Both the position numbers and the translations under genes were made by a program. This document shows positions 61,401 to 64,000 of a stretch of DNA of 64,000 bases, piece after piece. The stretch comes from Callorhinchus milii. Its lineage: Eukaryota. The notes beneath the pieces are model-generated. The model was not told where the DNA came from. It searched no databases and saw only the letters and a list, made by a program, of their open reading frames with translations. The stretch lies in assembly GCF_018977255.1 (NCBI RefSeq), contig NW_024704743.1:42658001-42722000 (forward strand). The letters run 5' to 3'. The first letter of the stretch is position 1; every line of letters starts with the position of its first letter.

Positions 61401-63635
61401 ACGTATGTGCAAATTTTATTTACGTTTTCATACTAAGTGGCTTTTGCTTCTCTCCTAACCCTGTTGGTGTGACAGTAGGGACCTATTTCAAAGGCGACTC
61501 AACCAAGTCAGAGTCACACACAGACAGGTATTCCCAGTTAACCCCAATGCCCAGTAACTGGAATGTCTAATCAGAGTCTGCTCGCACTAGTAGACCTCCG
61601 ATGTTGACAACTACCCTCTGAAATGCTTGCTCCTTTTCTTGTTTAGAATATTACATAGACTCGAGGATACATTCGGTAGAAACAACAGTTCTTTATTTAA
61701 ACCTAGCAACCCTAGGCTACCTTGCATATGTGGAACACAACAATGGAAGGAATACAATAATTGGATAAAATATAATATTCACAAATAACTATAACAACTG
61801 GCAGCACAATAATAATAATAATAATAATAATAATCCTTTCATTTGATATAGCACTTTTCACATCGGGAGGACGTCCCAAAGCGCTTCACAGAACACACTG
61901 TAAAGTGAATTGACTGTATATTTGTGGGCGAACGCAGCAGCCAATTGCGCACAGCAATGTCCCACAAACAGTCGTAGATTGAAAAAGACCAATTTTTATT
62001 ATTGTTTTTGGTTTTGGTGGGATTATTATTAGGTGTATGGAGTAAGGAAACTTGCCCAAGGTTTCGCCCTGCCTGGAATTGAACTCAGGTCTCTTGCTTG
62101 CAAAGCGAGTGCTCTAACCACTGAGCTACAGGACTCCACAATGCTACATTAGTAAAAGAACATGAAACCAACCCTGACTGTACAGTAGTCCTGTACACAT
62201 CAATACGTACCAGATGACAACCATTAGTTAGTAACCACGAGGGGTGCTGAGCAATGCTTTATATAGGTGTGTGGCTCTGCCCATCGTACGATGCAAATGC
62301 GAGAGTGTTTTCCAACGCTCGCGCCCACATGTTATTATACTCTGCAAGCTGCTTGTTTGTGTTTGTTAGCTGACTGTCAATCAAGCATCTATTGGATCTA
62401 TCACTTTGCTGTAAACTCGTGCAACCTGCTTGCTAACTCTGTGCTGCAAGCAGCTTCTGCAACTTGGAATCTAAAGTTATATATACATATTATTTACACA
62501 TTATAAAAGACTGTAAGAAATGGTCGTCATCTGGTACGTATTGATGTATACAGGACTACTGTTCAGTCAGGGTTGGTTTCATGTTCTTTTACTAATGTAG
62601 CATTGTGCTGCCAGTTGTTATAGTTATGTGTGAATATTATATTTTATCCCATTATTGTTTACACCATGACATTGTGTAGTTTACTTTTTTTATTTCATCA
62701 CTATATTGTTCAACAAATGAAAAATAGCTTCCTGTACAGTAATGCTAGGGTGTCCTTTGCCCTTTCTCAAGACTTTCTTTTTAAGCAGTCTTTTTGACAC
62801 AACGTTCAGCAGATTTAAAATGTTCTCATTGGTTTGCACATGCTATTGCATCAAAACGCATTACTGTGGAAGTACTTCATTCCCCCACTCTGATGATTGT
62901 GAATAGGAACGTAATCATAATAACAATAATAATCCTTGCATTTGATATAGCCTTATCCCGTTGAGATGTTTCAAAATGTTTCACAAAATATAATGTAAAG
63001 TGAATTGACTGTATATTTTGTCTGTACATAGAAGACTGAAAAAGAATACTGTGGTTTGTCTGGTAGGTCCCAATTTCAAACCATTTCTCTTCTGATACAA
63101 ACTCATGAGAAGGATTGGGATATCTTGAATTAGGTCATGGGGAGGACTATTCCTGTAATTTCTTCACCGGATAGTGCCCTAAAAATAATTTTAAAAGTAA
63201 GCATTTGTTAAAATATGTATAGCTGCTAGGTCTTAAAATCTAGGTTTCTTGTTATATTAAAATCTAGTGTGTCTCTAGTTCAATCCTGAAAATAATACAA
63301 AGAGAAGTCATTTCTTCAGAACTTAAGGGCTGTTCAGATCCAAACCTATCTCAGAGAACCAAAATGACCACTTTTTTTGTCCTTGTGATTAGTATCACTC
63401 GTGAGAATTATTACATTGAATACTATATTTTCCCCAATAGGTCCCAAAACAGATCCCAGTTTACCAAGATATTGAAACTAATTAGGGTCTTTTGCCACAA
63501 TTGTGCATAATAACATCAGTTTATGCCTTTTTTCCTGTTACTCAGCCAGAACACACCAATGTGTGCTTCTGGTACATTCCACCGAGCCTCCGAGGAATGC
63601 CAGAAAATACAGAAAGGAACAAGAAACTTCATCAG
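40362..63635 (+). CDS. GAD3: Glutamate decarboxylase gene (GAD3-like), multi-exon; final exon beyond window, 5' end uncertain
   Basis: 13 exons with GT-AG boundaries translate to colinear GAD motifs ([41 protein letters not shown]-lysine, [29 protein letters not shown]). GAD family is certain. The GAD3 assignment rests on remembered subfamily residues ([26 protein letters not shown], short N-terminus) and needs a phylogeny. Confidence 0.85.
40570..41007 (+). mobile_element. SacSINE1/DeuSINE-like SINE
   Basis: ggctcagttggtactctcgcctctgaatcagaatgttgtgggttcaagccccac head; cccatggcactattcaaaa core. Confidence 0.8.
42228..42470 (+). CDS. GAD3: GAD exon (243 nt): [16 protein letters not shown]...[11 protein letters not shown](G)
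   Basis: tctatag|AT...ACAG|gtgaac; contained in ORF 42149..42595; GAD1-equivalent length. Confidence 0.97.
42575..43510 (-). mobile_element. SINE interrupted by an L2 3' end (42762-43188, -) and a Penelope-type repeat (43189-43317, +)
   Basis: SINE tail half at 42575-42760 and head half at 43318-43510 are contiguous in the family consensus seen elsewhere in the window. Confidence 0.75.
43189..43317 (+). mobile_element. Penelope-type short repeat with degenerate hammerhead core
   Basis: tgacga-agagtc-gtg-gacct-aaaacgtt followed by agatgctgcctgacctg..gag. Confidence 0.65.
43990..44112 (+). repeat. Polypurine (GGGA/GA)n tract
   Basis: Direct reading. Confidence 0.9.
44499..44589 (+). CDS. GAD3: GAD exon (91 nt): [29 protein letters not shown](M)
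   Basis: ctgtag|GC...AACAT|gtaagt. Confidence 0.97.
46413..46512 (-). mobile_element. Penelope-type short repeat with hammerhead ribozyme core
   Basis: Reverse complement CTGATGA-aaagtt-atc-gacct-GAAA-tgtt...agatgctgcctgacctgctg. Confidence 0.7.
47080..47192 (+). CDS. GAD3: GAD exon (113 nt): [37 protein letters not shown](G)
   Basis: acacag|GTTT...CCTG|gtaggt. Confidence 0.97.
49120..49235 (+). CDS. GAD3: GAD exon (116 nt): [38 protein letters not shown]
   Basis: ttttag|GA...GAGTTA|gtaagt. Confidence 0.96.
49545..49945 (+). mobile_element. SacSINE1/DeuSINE-like SINE just upstream of exon 49977
   Basis: tRNA-like head; ggacattaaagatccgatgacactatttgaa core; gtgaaaggcgctatacc tail. Confidence 0.75.
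49977..50056 (+). CDS. GAD3: GAD exon (80 nt): [26 protein letters not shown](R)
   Basis: ctttag|AGT...GAAAG|gtattg. Confidence 0.97.
51372..51425 (+). CDS. GAD3: GAD exon (54 nt as written, 55 expected): ..[17 protein letters not shown]; apparent 1-nt deletion at 5' end
   Basis: ttcatag|AGGGAGCTTATTCCA...CAGAAG|gtttga; homologous to GAD1 GKIIPADFEAKILEAKQK; frame problem described in findings. Confidence 0.9.
52695..52811 (+). CDS. GAD3: GAD exon (117 nt): [39 protein letters not shown]
   Basis: tttcag|GGC...GTCGAT|gtaagg. Confidence 0.97.
53559..53623 (+). CDS. GAD3: GAD exon (65 nt): [21 protein letters not shown](R)
   Basis: aaacag|GCA...GAAAG|gtacat. Confidence 0.97.
53730..53808 (+). 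CDS. GAD3: GAD exon (79 nt): [26 protein letters not shown] (contains PLP-binding Lys)
   Basis: tgccag|GGCC...GAAAAG|gtatgt; NPHK motif intact. Confidence 0.97.
54340..55365 (-). mobile_element. CR1 LINE RT fragment
   Basis: ORF 54585..54944: [30 protein letters not shown]; upstream FADDTK and GIPQG motifs on the minus strand. Confidence 0.92.
55575..55886 (+). mobile_element. Full-length tRNA-derived SINE
   Basis: gtggagtcctgaagctcagtggttagagcactcg head; family tail. Confidence 0.9.
56793..56942 (+). CDS. GAD3: GAD exon (150 nt): [50 protein letters not shown]
   Basis: tgacag|GGT...GCAAAG|gtaaca; catalytic-loop Tyr (KQY) retained. Confidence 0.97.
56887..60332 (+). repeat. Segmental duplication, copy B (source: GAD exon end plus intron)
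   Basis: Colinear with 36019-39832; lacks the SINE at 36329-36646. Confidence 0.95.
60524..60631 (+). CDS. GAD3: GAD exon (108 nt): [36 protein letters not shown]
   Basis: ttttag|GGC...GAAAAG|gtaggt. Confidence 0.96.
61754..62657. mobile_element. Fold-back element with ~140-bp inverted arms; left arm split by a SINE
   Basis: 61754-61810 plus 62143-62225 is the near-perfect reverse complement of 62519-62657. Confidence 0.8.
61811..62136 (-). mobile_element. Full-length tRNA(Ala)-like SINE with 6-bp TSD CACAAT
   Basis: TSD at 61805-61810 and 62137-62142; TTTGCAA anticodon-like loop. Confidence 0.92.
63546..63635 (+). CDS. GAD3: GAD exon (90 nt): [30 protein letters not shown]
   Basis: actcag|CCA...CATCAG|gtacca; penultimate coding exon by GAD1 structure. 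Confidence 0.97.
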
Positions 63636-64000
63636 GTACCATTGTTCATTATATATGTATTATATATATATATTACATATATATAGTAAAGAGCTCTGAG
63701 ACGTCGTCAGCGTGGAGGGCGCTATATAAATCCAAGTTGTTGTTGTAGTCTCCAGCTAATGATTTCTGGCCTTGAGTATTCAATGGTTTGTAATATCCTG
63801 TGAGACAGATAGGAACCGCTAGGAACTATATGCCTTCCCATGGCAACACCTTTGATCTGAAGGAAGTGTTTGGAGTTGAAATATATTAGGTGACAAGTTC
63901 AGCCACATGGTGCTGGTGAATGAAGATTGTTTACATTGTTAATCAAGGAAGAATCGATGGGCATGGTGACCATCTTGGTAAGGAACAGAGTGAGGAGGAA

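Noticed and set aside
62065..62137. tRNA genes (also at 22010-22079, 36331-36400, 55578-55650)
   Set aside because: tRNA-like heads of SINEs: no closed acceptor stem, and each runs into the SINE body and (ATT)n tail.

Overview
Repeat-rich vertebrate genomic DNA. The SINE/LINE complement (SacSINE1/DeuSINE-like SINEs, L2 and CR1 LINEs, Penelope-type short repeats) points to a cartilaginous fish; this is inference, and the species is not determined. The one gene I can support is a + strand glutamate decarboxylase, most like GAD3. It has 13 coding exons from 40362 to 63635 with GT-AG boundaries, and 11 of them match the vertebrate GAD1 exon lengths exactly. The last exon lies beyond the window and the first exon(s) are uncertain. 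Most ORFs in the supplied track are decayed LINE fragments or low-complexity noise. Points worth follow-up: (1) one GAD exon (51372-51425) is 1 nt short, causing a frameshift unless an adjacent GAG acceptor is used; (2) a ~3.8 kb duplicate of part of a late GAD exon plus its intron sits ~21 kb upstream, with a scrambled junction; (3) a candidate first exon plus a 6-nt micro-exon at ~30.2-30.3 kb; (4) two Penelope-type hammerhead ribozyme relics in introns; (5) several fold-back/MITE-like elements and template-switch palindromes. I found no evidence for a new multi-gene system.
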